A stretch of 62,533 nt of DNA, counting the filler, from Basidioascus undulatus (lineage: Eukaryota): NCBI GenBank assembly GCA_000826855.1. It is 10 parts of 10 records of this genome, joined end to end, with 100 filler letters (N's around TTAATTAATTAA, not from the genome) between each part and the next. Parts side by side here need not be neighbours in the genome. Positions count along the whole stretch, not along the records: positions 37,665 to 43,812 come from JTLS01001798.1; positions 43,913 to 50,057 come from JTLS01001799.1; 8 more parts are not named here. One strand, given 5' to 3'. The notes below the pieces were generated by a model. The model made no database searches and was not told where the DNA came from. It was given only the letters and a program-made list of their open reading frames with translations. Shown here one piece after another: positions 37,665-49,149 of the stretch (position 1 is the first letter of the stretch; the number at the start of each line of letters is the position of its first letter). Position numbers and translations under genes: made by a program.

Positions 37665-39422
37665 GCTTCATCCGCTCTTCGTCGTCGTCGTCCTCGAGCA
37701 GCCCGGCAGCGGCGACCTTGGCACGGTTCGCCTCCTTCTCCTTGCGCTTGAGACGCCGGTACGTCTTCGACTTAATCTTCGCCATCCGCTTCGCCTTGAG
37801 CTCCGCGGCTTGCATCAGCGCGCGCTGCTGCCGCAGCAGACGATGCCGCTCGCGCATCGCTTCGGAGTCGGACGGCCGCTGATCGGGGAGAACGTCGCCG
37901 GAGGCCGCGGAGGCGGGCTGGGTGAGGTTCGAGGACTTGAGGAGCGATGAGATTTCAGTCTCGAGCTCGGTGCTCGGCTGCCGAAGAGAGCGTTGTTGTC
38001 AGCACCAAGATTGACCGGGACACTCAACTCGGGAAATACGCACCTGGAACTTGCCCACGAGCTCATCGACACCGCCCTTCTTCGTGCCCTCCTCCTTCCC
38101 GCCGTTACCAGGACCCTGGAGCGGGAAGCTGAGGGTCTCTGCCTCTCTAATCCCGCGCATCGCGCCCTCCCAGCCCTTGACCTCGCCGCGGACGAGCTCG
38201 CGTCCAGCCTCGCGGTCAGCACGCGCCTTGTGGAAGGTCGCGACGGGCGCGTCGAGCGCCTTGTCGCCGCGCTTGAGCGGCTTGGTGGAGGATGCGAGGG
38301 AGGAGGAGAGCGTGGCGGGGAGGGGGGCGAGGAGGGAAGACAGGGAGACTTGGCCTGCAGGGAATCGTGGGGGATGAGCGAGGGGAATGGACCGCAGATT
38401 GAAGAGACGCACCGGTCGTAGGGACGCGGAACTCGGAGTTCTCGCCAAGCGCGGTGGTGTCCTTCAGAACGCGGCGCTTCTTCGAGGCGGTAGTAGGTTC
38501 GGGGCCAGCGTCGGTAGAGGCGGAGGGGCGGGAGGGTTTCGGTGTGGGAAGGGAGTCGACGAAGGCTGCGAGGCGGTCCGCATCGCCCTCCTCCTGCTCC
38601 TTCTCCTCTTGCTCCTCTTCCTCTTCCTCATACTCCTCTTCGTCCTCTTCATCCTCCTCGCTACCGTCTCCCTCTTCCTCCTCCCCTTCCTCCTCATCCT
38701 CCGAGTCCTGCGGCATGTCGAGCATCGCGCTCAGGTCCACCATGCCGCCCTCCTCATCGTCCTCCTCGTCCTCATCCTCATCCTCGGATGGGGGCTCGGG
38801 CGAAGCGAGGCCGGGGTCGAAGTGGACGGACTTCCGGCGCGCGAGGGTCGCGGCGTCGGCGAGAGCGGGAGCAGTCTGAGAGGCGGTCTTGGAAGACGAA
38901 GCTTTGAGCTTTGCGGGTTTCTGGGAGTAAAATATGGCAGCAGTGAGCGAGTGCGGAAAGGGGCGACCTGACAGAGAAAGCCGCCACAGGGCCCGAACTC
39001 ACCGTGCTGCTGCTGCCGCTGAACTTCCACTCGCCATATCGCTCGTCGTCGCTCCCGCCCTCCTCCCATGCATCGTCCGAGTCAATCTCCTCGTCATCCT
39101 CCTCGCGCACGACGCCGTCCTTGTCATGATCGATGCCCACAAACCCGGCAGCGTCTTCGTCGCTGTCCTCGCCGCCGCCGCCCAGGCCCGCCTCCTCCTC
39201 GCGGTCGAGCGCGGTTGAGACGTGCCCACGGCGGTCCCTGGCCGCTGGGAGGTCGTATACGTCCAGCGCGGACGATGCGCCGCCCTTCTTGGCTAGGCGT
39301 CGGGCGTAGCCTGACTTGGCGGACGACTGGGTGTAGGGCTTGTTCTTGCGCGAGTTGAGCGACGCTGCGGTCGGACGGCCACTGCGCGTGCCACCGCGGC
39401 TGGGCTTGCGTGTCGGTCCCAT
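37665..39422 (-). CDS. UTP14: U3 snoRNA-associated protein Utp14, 5' part
   Basis: MGPTRKPSR...DVYD...EEDDEEIDSDDAW...SDDERYG, an acidic tract, LDAPVATFHKARADREAG...VKGW, and RALMQAAELKAKRMAKIKSKTYRRLKRKEK, the hallmark Utp14 motif. Confidence 0.93.
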
Positions 39423-39872
39423 TCCGGTAAGAGGAGTAATTATGGAGGATAAGAGGTACGGCGAGCGCACGCTGCCGAAAGGGTCAAGATGGCAGGCAGG
39501 AAGGCAACTTTGTGGGATTCGCTCGCTCAAGAATCCTGGCCGGCGTGGGAATTTCCGGCTGTCAGTCAACCTGTTCGGCCAACACTGATAGCTTGCAAAC
39601 ATCGATTGCATATATATCGCCAGAGCTGAATTTGCACATGTGTGCCAGAGTCTCCCCTTGCAGAAACCTTTGAGTCCTTGGACAGCCTTCAGCTGAGCTT
39701 TGTATAGGGTGCTCAGGCGGACGCTGCGAACGCACGCTTGCGCCGAGCAGGCGACCGTGCTGTTGTGCAAAGTTTTTGATAACTCAAACGCTGCGGTTCA
39801 AAGGTGCATTTTGGAGTGAAATAGGATGGAAAGAACTCCGTGTGGTCTGCAGTATCCTGGCTGATGGCCAGA

Positions 39873-41000
39873 CTAGTTACCGGACTGTCAAGTCGCAGTG
39901 CAGATTGGCTCAGCAAAAGCTTCGCACTACGATGGAACTAGGGAACTATGGATTGCACCTTTTTCTCATCCTTCTTCTTGTCGTTGTCTTTCTTCTTCTC
40001 ATCGTCCTAATTAGAAGGAGTTCCGCGAGGGAGGTCAGCAACAGAATACGATGGATATGATCAAAGCTTTGACTGCACCTTTTTCTTCTCATCCTTCTTG
40101 TCCTCGTCCTGACTAGAGGGGTCAGTGGAAGCTCAGACTTCACTGTGGACGCCAGTAACGCATCTACGGCACCTTCTTCTTCTCATCGTCCTAATGAGAA
40201 TGAGTTCAGTACCGGATCCGCGATCGATACGAGTAACTGTTGATTGCACCTTCTTCTTGTCCTTCTCCTCGCGCTTCCGCTTGTCATCCTTCTTCTTGTC
40301 CTTGTCATAAAATGGAGCAAGTCAGCGACAGCTCTGACTTCACTATGGATGCCAGTAGAGCATTGAAGGCACCTTCTCGTCCTTCTTCTCGTCATCCTGA
40401 TGAGGATGGGGTCAGCACGAGATGCACGATGGATATGTGTAAATGTTGAATGCACCTTCTTCTTGTCCTCGTCCTGATGGTGGGCTTCAGCCGCAGTCAA
40501 ACTTCACTGTGGATGAATGTAGGATCAAAACACCTTCTTCTTTTTGTCATCTTTCTTATCCTTGCGCTTTGTCTTCTTCTTGTTCTCGCCCTAATCGGCG
40601 GGGGTCAGCGACAGCTCAGACTTCTCTATGAATGAAGTGAAGCGTTGAAGCACCTTCTTTTTGCCATCATCCTTCTTTTTGTCGTCCTCCTATTCGCTCG
40701 AAATGGATCAGCAACAGCCCGCACTCTGTGTTCAATCCAGCATTGACTGCACCTTCTTCTTGTCGTCGTCCTTCTTTTCCTCCTGTAACAATCGGAAAGT
40801 TGGGCGTCAGCATCCCTGCTCCCCGCAAGTAAGTCGCCGCAACGTGCCCTCTTGAGATTGTCATTCCAACGGTGCTTGCTCAGCTCACCCGCCTCCCGAC
40901 GGCTGAGCATGTTGGAGCCAGTCGCGGCCTCGCGCGGCATGGCAATCGCCATGGCGGAGGCGGAGAAGGCGACGATGGCGAGGATGGAGCCGGTGCGCAT
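39873..41000 (-). CDS. Secreted Lys/Asp/Glu-rich repeat precursor (~158 aa) with 11 exons, nine of them repeated phase-0 micro-exons
   Basis: Exons: 41000-40848, 40782-40753, 40689-40654, 40590-40534, 40473-40456, 40396-40373, 40300-40250, 40190-40173, 40108-40079, 40006-39959, 39884-39873. Introns are 59-74 nt and end in AG. Donors are AAG|GTG, except intron 1 (inferred GC donor). Signal-like MRTGSILAIVAFSASAMA, with a propeptide ending LKR. Confidence 0.85.
39930..40810. repeat. Diverged tandem array of ~80-120 bp exon+intron units
   Basis: Recurring plus-strand (G)CACCTT(C/T)TT...GTCCT(A/G)A...(G)TCAG, with two intron types (CAGACTTCACTGTGGA-like and CGATGGATATG-like). Confidence 0.9.
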
Positions 41001-43299
41001 ATTTGAGAAGGGCGGAGAGGGTTTTTGTGTTCTTTTGAAGAGCTTGGGAAACAGCTGGTTGATGTGGCATTCCAACCCGCTTGAAGTTGGCCTTTTTAAC
41101 CGGGAGGCAGCATCAATGCGCAGCCGGGTGACCATAGTCTGTGGCACCAGACTGTTCCGCTGCCTTGTTGGTTCTTGAAGACATTTGCATATGTGCCCGC
41201 ACGAAACACGATGCAGTGGTGTGCACTATATCGCAAACCAGATCTGCCGTCGCTCATCGTTCGCTTAATGAGCCTGGACGTCCTGATTATACCTAAAGCA
41301 AGTCAGGCACAGCCGACGCAGACCCGAAATATATATTTGGTGGGAGACAATGGTGCAATTATTATGATGACTGTGGCTATGGTAGGCGGATGGTTCACGG
41401 TTTGTTTTGCCCGCGGACGCCGCTTGTTGCGGCCTCATTCTACCACCTCGCAGGCGGTACGTGTGAATTTTCCACTTTGATCTGGATATATTCTTTACCA
41501 ATGATCGTTAAAGCAGATAGAATCCCACATGGAGTGACCATCCTAGCTCAGTCTCCGCTCAAGGGCGCAGGAAAAGCAGCCCTTTCTGGTGGGGACGTGG
41601 CAAAAGTGCTTTTATGAGCCCCAGGCATTTTCCCACTTTTGACTGGCTAGTCCCATTTATACAAGACAAAACTCATCACCGCCACGGAGTCCTGCGCTTG
41701 ATCTGATCAGAGGCACGTCTGGCTGCAGGTTTTGGCCGCATCACACAGCTTGACTAGCAGAAATGCTGTATGTGAAGCATGCAAGAAGAGACTGATGTAT
41801 GATACAACTCTGGTGGGAAGCCCATTCATAGTCATAAACAAAGACTTCAACCAGCAGCTCCCGGCCTGTGGGCCTGAACGAGCAAGTAGTACACCATTAT
41901 CTTGGCGTCCGCAAGAGCTCCGACATGTTATTTGGGCCTTAGTGCAACTGTTTATCCACAAACCCTGAACGAAATCTGTGTACCTCTGAAAAATTGAGAC
42001 CAGGAGTCAACCCAGCAGGCGCCGAGCTGTGTCTTTGCACTTGCAGACATGCATGCGAGCAACATATACTGGATACTTGGCGGTACAGAAGCAAGCTCGA
42101 CGTAGACTAGAGATGATGTAATAAAGGATAATGAGAGGTGGGGATATGTAGTATACCCGAAAGAGAAACCACTTGTCTGCAACAGCAGGAGAATACACAA
42201 CCGAGCACGGCTCTGCCTTCTGCGGGTATAAGGTATCTCCCCCTAACATGTAGAAGATTATTCGACGGGAAGCATTGATGAAGTTGTCGATGATAGGTCT
42301 CAAGTACAGAAGAAAGGTGAGAAAGACCGAGCATGTGCTACCTATCTTCCCAACTCCGCAGCATCTCAACTGTCTGTCCCATTTCCTCATCGATGTGAGA
42401 TTTCTTCAAGTGAGCTTTTGCCTTGAACTTTTAATTTTTTTCTATGGGAATGGTCCTGAACTGACATAGTGCTGCCTGAAATGACTGTGCTGTGTTGAGG
42501 ACGGCCATGCCTTTGAAAGTGGCAGGGTGTCTACCAGGGCGTATTTACCAATACCACGGCAGCGATTGAACGGAGGCACGCTGATTATTGTCTTCTTCAT
42601 GAGTAAGGAACAGCTGCGACCTTGAAAGCCATCAGACTGTCCGACACTAACTAGATACACCCTTTGCATTCTCCCTTGCCAGATACAAATCTTATCTCAT
42701 ATTACTTTGTACAAGTTTGAAAAAGAGCCTGAACAACTGGCTCAGATTGATGCGCCTGATACTGGCCAGAGTGGGCAAGATGCGGCCCGCAACGCCATTT
42801 GGCAAGTCCACTTAGACCAACGGTGTCATGGAGCGATATTAGCAGCTTCAATACTGACTTTGACGATGAAGAAAGCGGATTTCATGACGAGTGAGCGAAC
42901 AGATTGCGAGAAAGCGAGGTTGCACGGGCAAAACAAACCGTGAACGTCCCGCCAACCACACTGCCGCGCATCGCAAGGTTTTCTCACTTACAAGCAGCGT
43001 TGCGGGAGGCGTTTGGTGCGAGTGCTTTCGTTGTCCGACATAGGCGCTGCTGGATGCTGGAGTCCTTCGCTTAACCCTGATTGATTACAATTGAGAGGCA
43101 ATATATGAAGCCCATGCCGCTCAACCCACTCCACCTCGACATGCGATGTGCAGCGGACGAAAAGCGAGGTTCGAATCTCGCGAACGAGGATGCCATATGA
43201 GCGTCAGCCGTTCAGTAAAATCCTAAGTCAGTGCGAAAGGATCAAAGCATCATCACGCTGCAGGATCAATCCGTCTAGATGCATGCGGTCCCGTCCATC

Positions 43300-43760
43300 T
43301 CACAGCAAGCCCTTGAGCACTGCAACCTCGGCGTTGATAACAGAGCTGGTCCTGCAACCGCAAAGTCCACTCAGGTCAGCATACGCCAGACGAGAACACG
43401 AAAAGGATGAAACGCACGCAGCGCCGATCTGGACGTTGTTGGCGAGGACGACAAACTTGATGTCAAAGACGTCACACTCGCGCACGCGGCCGACATTGCA
43501 GCCGGCACCGTTCTGGAAGTCGCGGTCGAGGCGGGGCTGGGGGCGGTCGGGCTCGTCATGGACGTAGACGACCTGTTCAGGCGCGGACGGCGCGCCGAGC
43601 TCCTGCGCCTCGCAGCGGTACGCGCGGAGGGCCTCGACGACCTGCTCGGGGGAGGGCGGGGGCCGCTTGGCGAAGCGGACGGACGCGCAGGCCATGTGCC
43701 CGTCGAGGACGGGCACGCGGTTGCACGCCGCGGAGATCTTCATCGGCGTCGACTCGTACG
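43300..43760 (-). CDS. HOM2: Aspartate-semialdehyde dehydrogenase, 3' part
   Basis: MKISAACNRVPVLDGHMACASVRF...DEPDRPQPRLDRD...VGRVREC..FDIKFVVLANNVQIGAA|TSSVINAEVAVLKGLL*. Confidence 0.96.
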
Positions 43761-43812
43761 CTAACCGCTTTTTGCGCTACCTTAGGCAATGGCGGGAACG
43801 GGGCTGTCGCTG

Positions 43813-43912
43813 NNNNNNNNNNNNNNNNNNNNNNNNNNNNNNNNNNNNNNNNNNNNTTAATTAATTAANNNNNNNNNNNNNNNNNNNNNNNNNNNNNNNN
43901 NNNNNNNNNNNN
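43813..43912. other. Artificial contig linker
   Basis: N-run/TTAATTAATTAA/N-run. Confidence 0.99.
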
Positions 43913-44360
43913 TTGCCAGTCGGTGTTGGCGATGAGATGCTGCAGGGTGTGTTAGATCTTTTCTCTCTGTCACGGTCGCGTGACTGATCATCTCGCCGAC
44001 GCGACGTACTCTTGGTTATCATCAGCCGCCACACCATGAGGATGCTGAATGCCGTATGTGTCCTGCAGAAATGCCAGGCGGAACAACGTGTAGTATCAGC
44101 TTATTTATATTGAGAGATATTGAATGAGAAGAAGGCAAAGGACGCACAGCAATATGACCAACACTGTCAGGACAATGGCCTTGAAAAGTTGCAACCCCAC
44201 CGTCTGCATCAGCCTTCTCGACCCGAGTGGTTCCTGCTGGCTCGGAAGTGGAATAAAGGAAATCAGCACATAATCTCACAGTGGACGAGATCAAGGCGCC
44301 TACGAGCATGCAGTTTGCCATCGCGCCCAGAAGCCAAGGACCCGTCTGTTTGACACCCAT
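43913..44360 (-). CDS. 5' part of a basidiomycete multi-pass membrane protein (DUF6534-associated type); may be degenerate
   Basis: MGVKQTGPWLLGAMANCMLVGALISST ... AIVLTVLVILL ... THTAFSILMVWRLMITK, similar to the GP.L.G...N..L.G / T.HTAF pattern of this expanded family. Confidence 0.5.
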
Positions 44361-46410
44361 CCACACTCATGCCTGGCAAGTCAAGACAGGAACTCGACGT
44401 GCAAATGGTTCGGAAAAGTAGTTGGGCAATCCGGGTGGAATTAGTGTGCTCATCCTTTCAGTACTGTTGAGCAGAGAGAGAGAGCTGTTCAAGTCGTATG
44501 GTCGTGGCAGAGTGGCATTGGAAGAAGAGTCAGCAAGAAGGAACGACCGGCCCGCGAGGTTGTGCAGTTAATTTATCTGTACTGCAGTCGTATCGGCGCC
44601 GAGGTACCCGTATTCTCGATGGTTACGCATGGCTGTTCCGCTTGTTCTCACGCAACGGAGGAATGGGAAGCATGCGAATCGCACCGCATTGCGCGGAATC
44701 TCTCGGACTCCGCCTCGCTTGCCCGCTTCCCCAGACGGGGCGGAAGCGCGGAAGCGAAAGGCATGATTACCATTGAAAGGCGCCCTACGGGAAATTTGTT
44801 TTCGTGCAGCAGCGGCTGCAAGCAGCGGCCCGCTGTCAATCGCATACATTCATAGACAGCTGTCAGCTTTACCAGACAACACGGTATCACGGAACCGAGC
44901 CAGTCCACATATATTTACGTGCTTCAGCATCACTATGAATCACCAACCACTGCAATTGTGAACGGTGAGGGCTTCAGTAGTTAGCATGCCTCCTTGTTAG
45001 CGACTTACAGCCGTGCATATGCCATGCAACATGAACTTCTTTTCGCGAAGGGGTTCTGTGGGGGAAACAAGGAGTTCAGGCATGCGACGTTGATGGCCGT
45101 GACAGACAGACCTGCCGTCCGAGCCAACTTCCCAGTCTCTTGGAGTATTTTAGTAGGTACGCATGCCTGTGTTTATTAGAGGATGAACACGGTCCGAAGA
45201 CGGAAGGAAATGGAACAATTGCCAACCGTCAATGAACAGCTGCAAGTTTCTGTCTTCTTTGATCTTCTTGAAACGCACCCCGGCAAATTAGTGGCCCTTC
45301 GTGCAAAGAAGCGATGTTGTATGACATATGCAAACGGCTGTAGCGTGCCTCCTTCGCTGTCGGAGACGCCCGAGCTTTGCACGGTCGCACAGCCCAGGTA
45401 CTGACAGGACGGCTCGTCCCTCGGTTCGTGAATCTTCTACTTCATAACCGGGGCAGTCTTTAAGGCCTCACGTCTCCGAGAAGCAGGGTCCCCTCAGCGG
45501 ATAAGAGAGGGGAACAGCGGCAGAGGGAACATCTAGGAAAACTTTCAGTGGGACGCTAGCAGCCCTGCATGTCTGTGGATCCTCAATGGTATTTGAGGTT
45601 CCTTTGGAAGTTAATAGTATTGAGAGCGGAGCCCTAGTCAACACGCAGGGTAAAGACTATTCACGCGAAGGGCGCTGCAGTCAAAAAGCGATCCGGTGAG
45701 AGATCCGCAACCCACTCTGGAAGGGGCCCGCCGAACTGTGCGCTTTCTTCCCCCGCCTTCCACAGTCGGCCGCAATCTTGCTAGAAACTTGCACATTTAT
45801 GCAGATACCAGTATATCACTGCGCATCGCCCATCCACGATCGCCAGTCCTGATCGCGCGCTCGCATCGCAACACATTGCGTCGCCGTCGCGCAAGTGCGG
45901 CATAACTTATAAGAAGAGTCATTTCGGGGCACTCAAGTCTGAGCCACCGCTGTTGGGGACTTGTGTTCAGTCAACCGGTGATATTGTAAAGTCTCTGAGC
46001 GCTAGTTACCCGAGCCCCCACATGAATGCGCACGGACGGGCAGTCTTACGGTCCCGCTCAGCGAGCGGGACACCGATATCATGTTTACAGCATTTAGCAC
46101 CTCGACAAACACGCCTACAAAGAGACAATCCCTCTTTTGAAGCAATCGCCAGTTAAATAATGCTGAATGCTGAAGAGCAACGTCGAGCACCAGGCAATGG
46201 TATAGTTGGGAACCTTTCAAGGCAATAACAAAGCGGTTTAATGATGACATGCGCACGTTTTACGAGACATTGTGGTCAAGGGCGGTCGGCTGAAAGCTAC
46301 CAACTCCAAAGAAGAGTCCTGCCCGTCTGCTCCTTTTCCCCCGTCCTCCTTGCAAAAGACCCTCTAAAAATCAGCTCAAACCTCTCATCTCACTCATACC
46401 TCCATCAATC

Positions 46411-47600
46411 ATGCCCACTTGGAAACGCTTCTTCGACGCCTGGCTTGAACCTGGTCAGTTGCCTGGGCTTCGCGTTTTGCGGGCTGGCTCGTCTGACGTG
46501 CTGGGTTGAAGAGGATGGGTACGGCGAGACTACTTCAGACGCCATGCATGAGTTTGGAGAGAAGGCAGAGGGACGTCGTCGGGAATTTTGGCCCCCTATG
46601 AACTACTCGAACGGCTGCAGGGGCGAGGAGACGGATGGGAGGACTGGGGCTTCTCGGGGGTGGAAGGTGGATTGGGGGACACGTTTGTCCGCTTTAAATG
46701 TAATGCAGAACATCTTCTGGACAATCCGATAGAACGGATTGGTGTCAAAGGCGTAGTGGCCGACAGATCGGCTTGCGTGCCCACCGCACCAAATGGTTGG
46801 AATAGGCTCGCTCACGAGGCGTGTGTTGCTGACTGCCTGAGGCTAGAGGATTGGGATGCTATAGGACACCAAGGCTATCGAACGTCTCTGAATCCATAGG
46901 CTTGGTGGACTTCTGATCGGCCTGCATGCCTGATGCTAGAAATCGGACACCAGGTCTATCAGACGTCTCACCGTCCAAAGGACTGGGGGACGATGAATTG
47001 GTTGCATTTTCCAGTCAATCATTCCGTGTGCAGCGCCAAAAAGACAATATCCAATGATATGTTAAGGAGATCCCATATAACGCAGTGCAAATCAACACAT
47101 GAAAAAGATTGGGGTTGAGTCCAAGGAAGGGCAGGTACACACGTTTTTCGCCGACGCTCGAGTTCAAGGATTGGTTGATTCATATGGCCTTCCTCAGAAT
47201 TTCATGGCCTACTGGAAAGACCTTCGCTTGCTGCAGTCCGCCAAGCGCTCTTCGCGCGCGTTTTTATGGATGGGGAGCTGGCGATGAGGTGGTGCAGCAC
47301 GGTAAGGACCTGCATGGGGTCAGCGCGGGGCGGGATGCGAGGCTGGTTGGGAACGGCGCGTAGTACCCCTTCAAAATTCACCAAGATCGTGGGAGCAGGT
47401 CCGTCTTCCATAGTGCGTGGCGTTCTGGAGGGGTAAGCTGAAAGTGCTGGAATGGACGCTCACACTGCGACGGTTCGTCGGACGCTGGCGAGGCAGGCAG
47501 CATCGAGCTCGGCTCGATCAAACTCGAGCTCTGGGACCTGAAGAACGACTTGCCCATACCAGCAAGCGTCTACTTCTGTCACCAAGCTTTCACGAGCGCC
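46411..47600 (+). pseudogene. Hypothetical spliced gene remnant with an internal duplication
   Basis: MPTWKRFFDAWLEP|EDGYGETTSDAMHEF... followed by long frames interrupted by shifts and stops. No family recognised. Confidence 0.35.
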
Positions 47601-47738
47601 AAACGCAGATCACGAGCTAGGCAGCCAAAGGCCTGACCCACAGAATATGCTGCGAACATCCCACCCATCTTGGATCCTCTCCTGTTTCCTCTGAACTTGG
47701 TGCTTGACGGGGGTCGCAGCTTTGGCAAGTCGCCGATC

Positions 47739-48816
47739 ATGCGGCCCGGCTCGCGCACGGCCGACTTTGACCGCAGTGTAGACGCAGCTCAAGGTCCTGT
47801 CGCGACCTTCGTCTGCCGGTACCGCCCTCGCGGCAAGTTTTCTCCTCTTTCGGTCATTGCCTGGGTGGTTATCTGACCAAATCCTACGCTATATTTTCTT
47901 CAAGTCGAGGGCCTTATCCCGCGCTGTACATCCAGAAGGCTGTGTACACTCGTGTGGGTGTCCTTGAACTGACAGTCCGTCGTGCTCAGCGGCCCCATCG
48001 ACATCGACGACGACGACGAGTGTGATGAACATCCCAGGATCCCTGCGCTCGAAGGAGCCCCCGGTAAGCCTTCTAGGAGCGGATTGCACAGCGACTCGCA
48101 GCTGCTGACCTCGAGTGTCTGTGCGCACCAGGACCGCGTCACGGAGCTCATGCTCGAGCGTGAGCGACTGCAGGTACGCGACCTTGTTTGCCTTGTCATT
48201 TCTTCGAGATCTGAGGGTTCGGTGACTTAAGACTGCAGTTCCCTTCCTCGTTTGCTGCATTCCACAGGGTCGGCACGACGAAGCACAGGACCAGCTCACC
48301 AAAACCGCGGGGCTAGTCCGCTCGCATAACGCTCATAGAACGGACGTCAAAGAGTACGAGGTGAGCCAACTAATCCTGTACAGCCCTGTGCATTCATGCT
48401 CAGCGTCAAGCAACAGAATCGCCTCAAGAAGCTCGACCGCGACATCGACCTGGTCAAGGTGCGCCTGTCGACGCAGCCGTTTGATACAATCCCCACCCGC
48501 GAATGCAAGATGCGCTGACCGACTGCTTTCCACGTTCTTGAGCCAAGCTAGATTAAGCCAACCGGTGGGCTTCTTGTGCTCTTCCAGCGTAGCCCGCGGC
48601 GACACGCCCGGCGAGGAGGCGTCGCGACGACCAGCGCGACCGCGAGCACGCGCAACCAGCGGAAGCGGGCCCGGGGACGATGCCGGGCCAGAGGATGCGG
48701 CGGGAGGACTGGGCGAACGCGCGTACGAGCCGGAAAGCGATGGCAGCAGCAGCAAGGAGCCCGGGTCGCGGTCGAGCGCCTATCTGCGGAAGAAGGGGAA
48801 GAGCAGGGCTGCATGA
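47739..48816 (+). CDS. Hypothetical multi-exon coiled-coil protein (possibly degenerate)
   Basis: Exons with splice sites read DRVTELMLERERLQ, GRHDEAQDQLTK...DVKEYE, VKQQNRLKKLDRDIDLVK and ...SSAYLRKKGKSRAA*. Not all phases are compatible. Confidence 0.35.
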
Positions 48817-49149
48817 GTTTTGAAGAGGGTAGTTGCAGGTCGTGCAGATGCTTAAGGGAACATTGGGAATAGTCTCTTGAACTGAAGCGCCGCGCAGTAG
48901 GAATCGGGCTTGCGCGACGGTTTGGGCATTCTTCTTAGTTGCGTCTTGTTGAATGAATGAATTTACGTTTGTGAATCGTCTGCTGGTGTGCGTGAATGAG
49001 AGCGGTGAAGCATTCGAGCAAGCGACAACGTGCAACGCGGCCGCTGAGCCAGGCATGGGCGATCCAATGCAAAGAGTAACGCCTGAACAAGCAAGCGAAA
49101 TGGATCATCCCCATCCTACCTACACACACCCCAATCTCCACTCCGCCTC

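Noticed and set aside
38051..39358. Long plus-strand ORFs with poly-Leu/poly-Ser
   Set aside because: Antisense shadows of the acidic tract of UTP14.
39930..40810. Repeat-spacer pattern resembling a CRISPR array
   Set aside because: The repeats are in-frame exons and the spacers are mutually homologous spliceosomal introns with branch sites.
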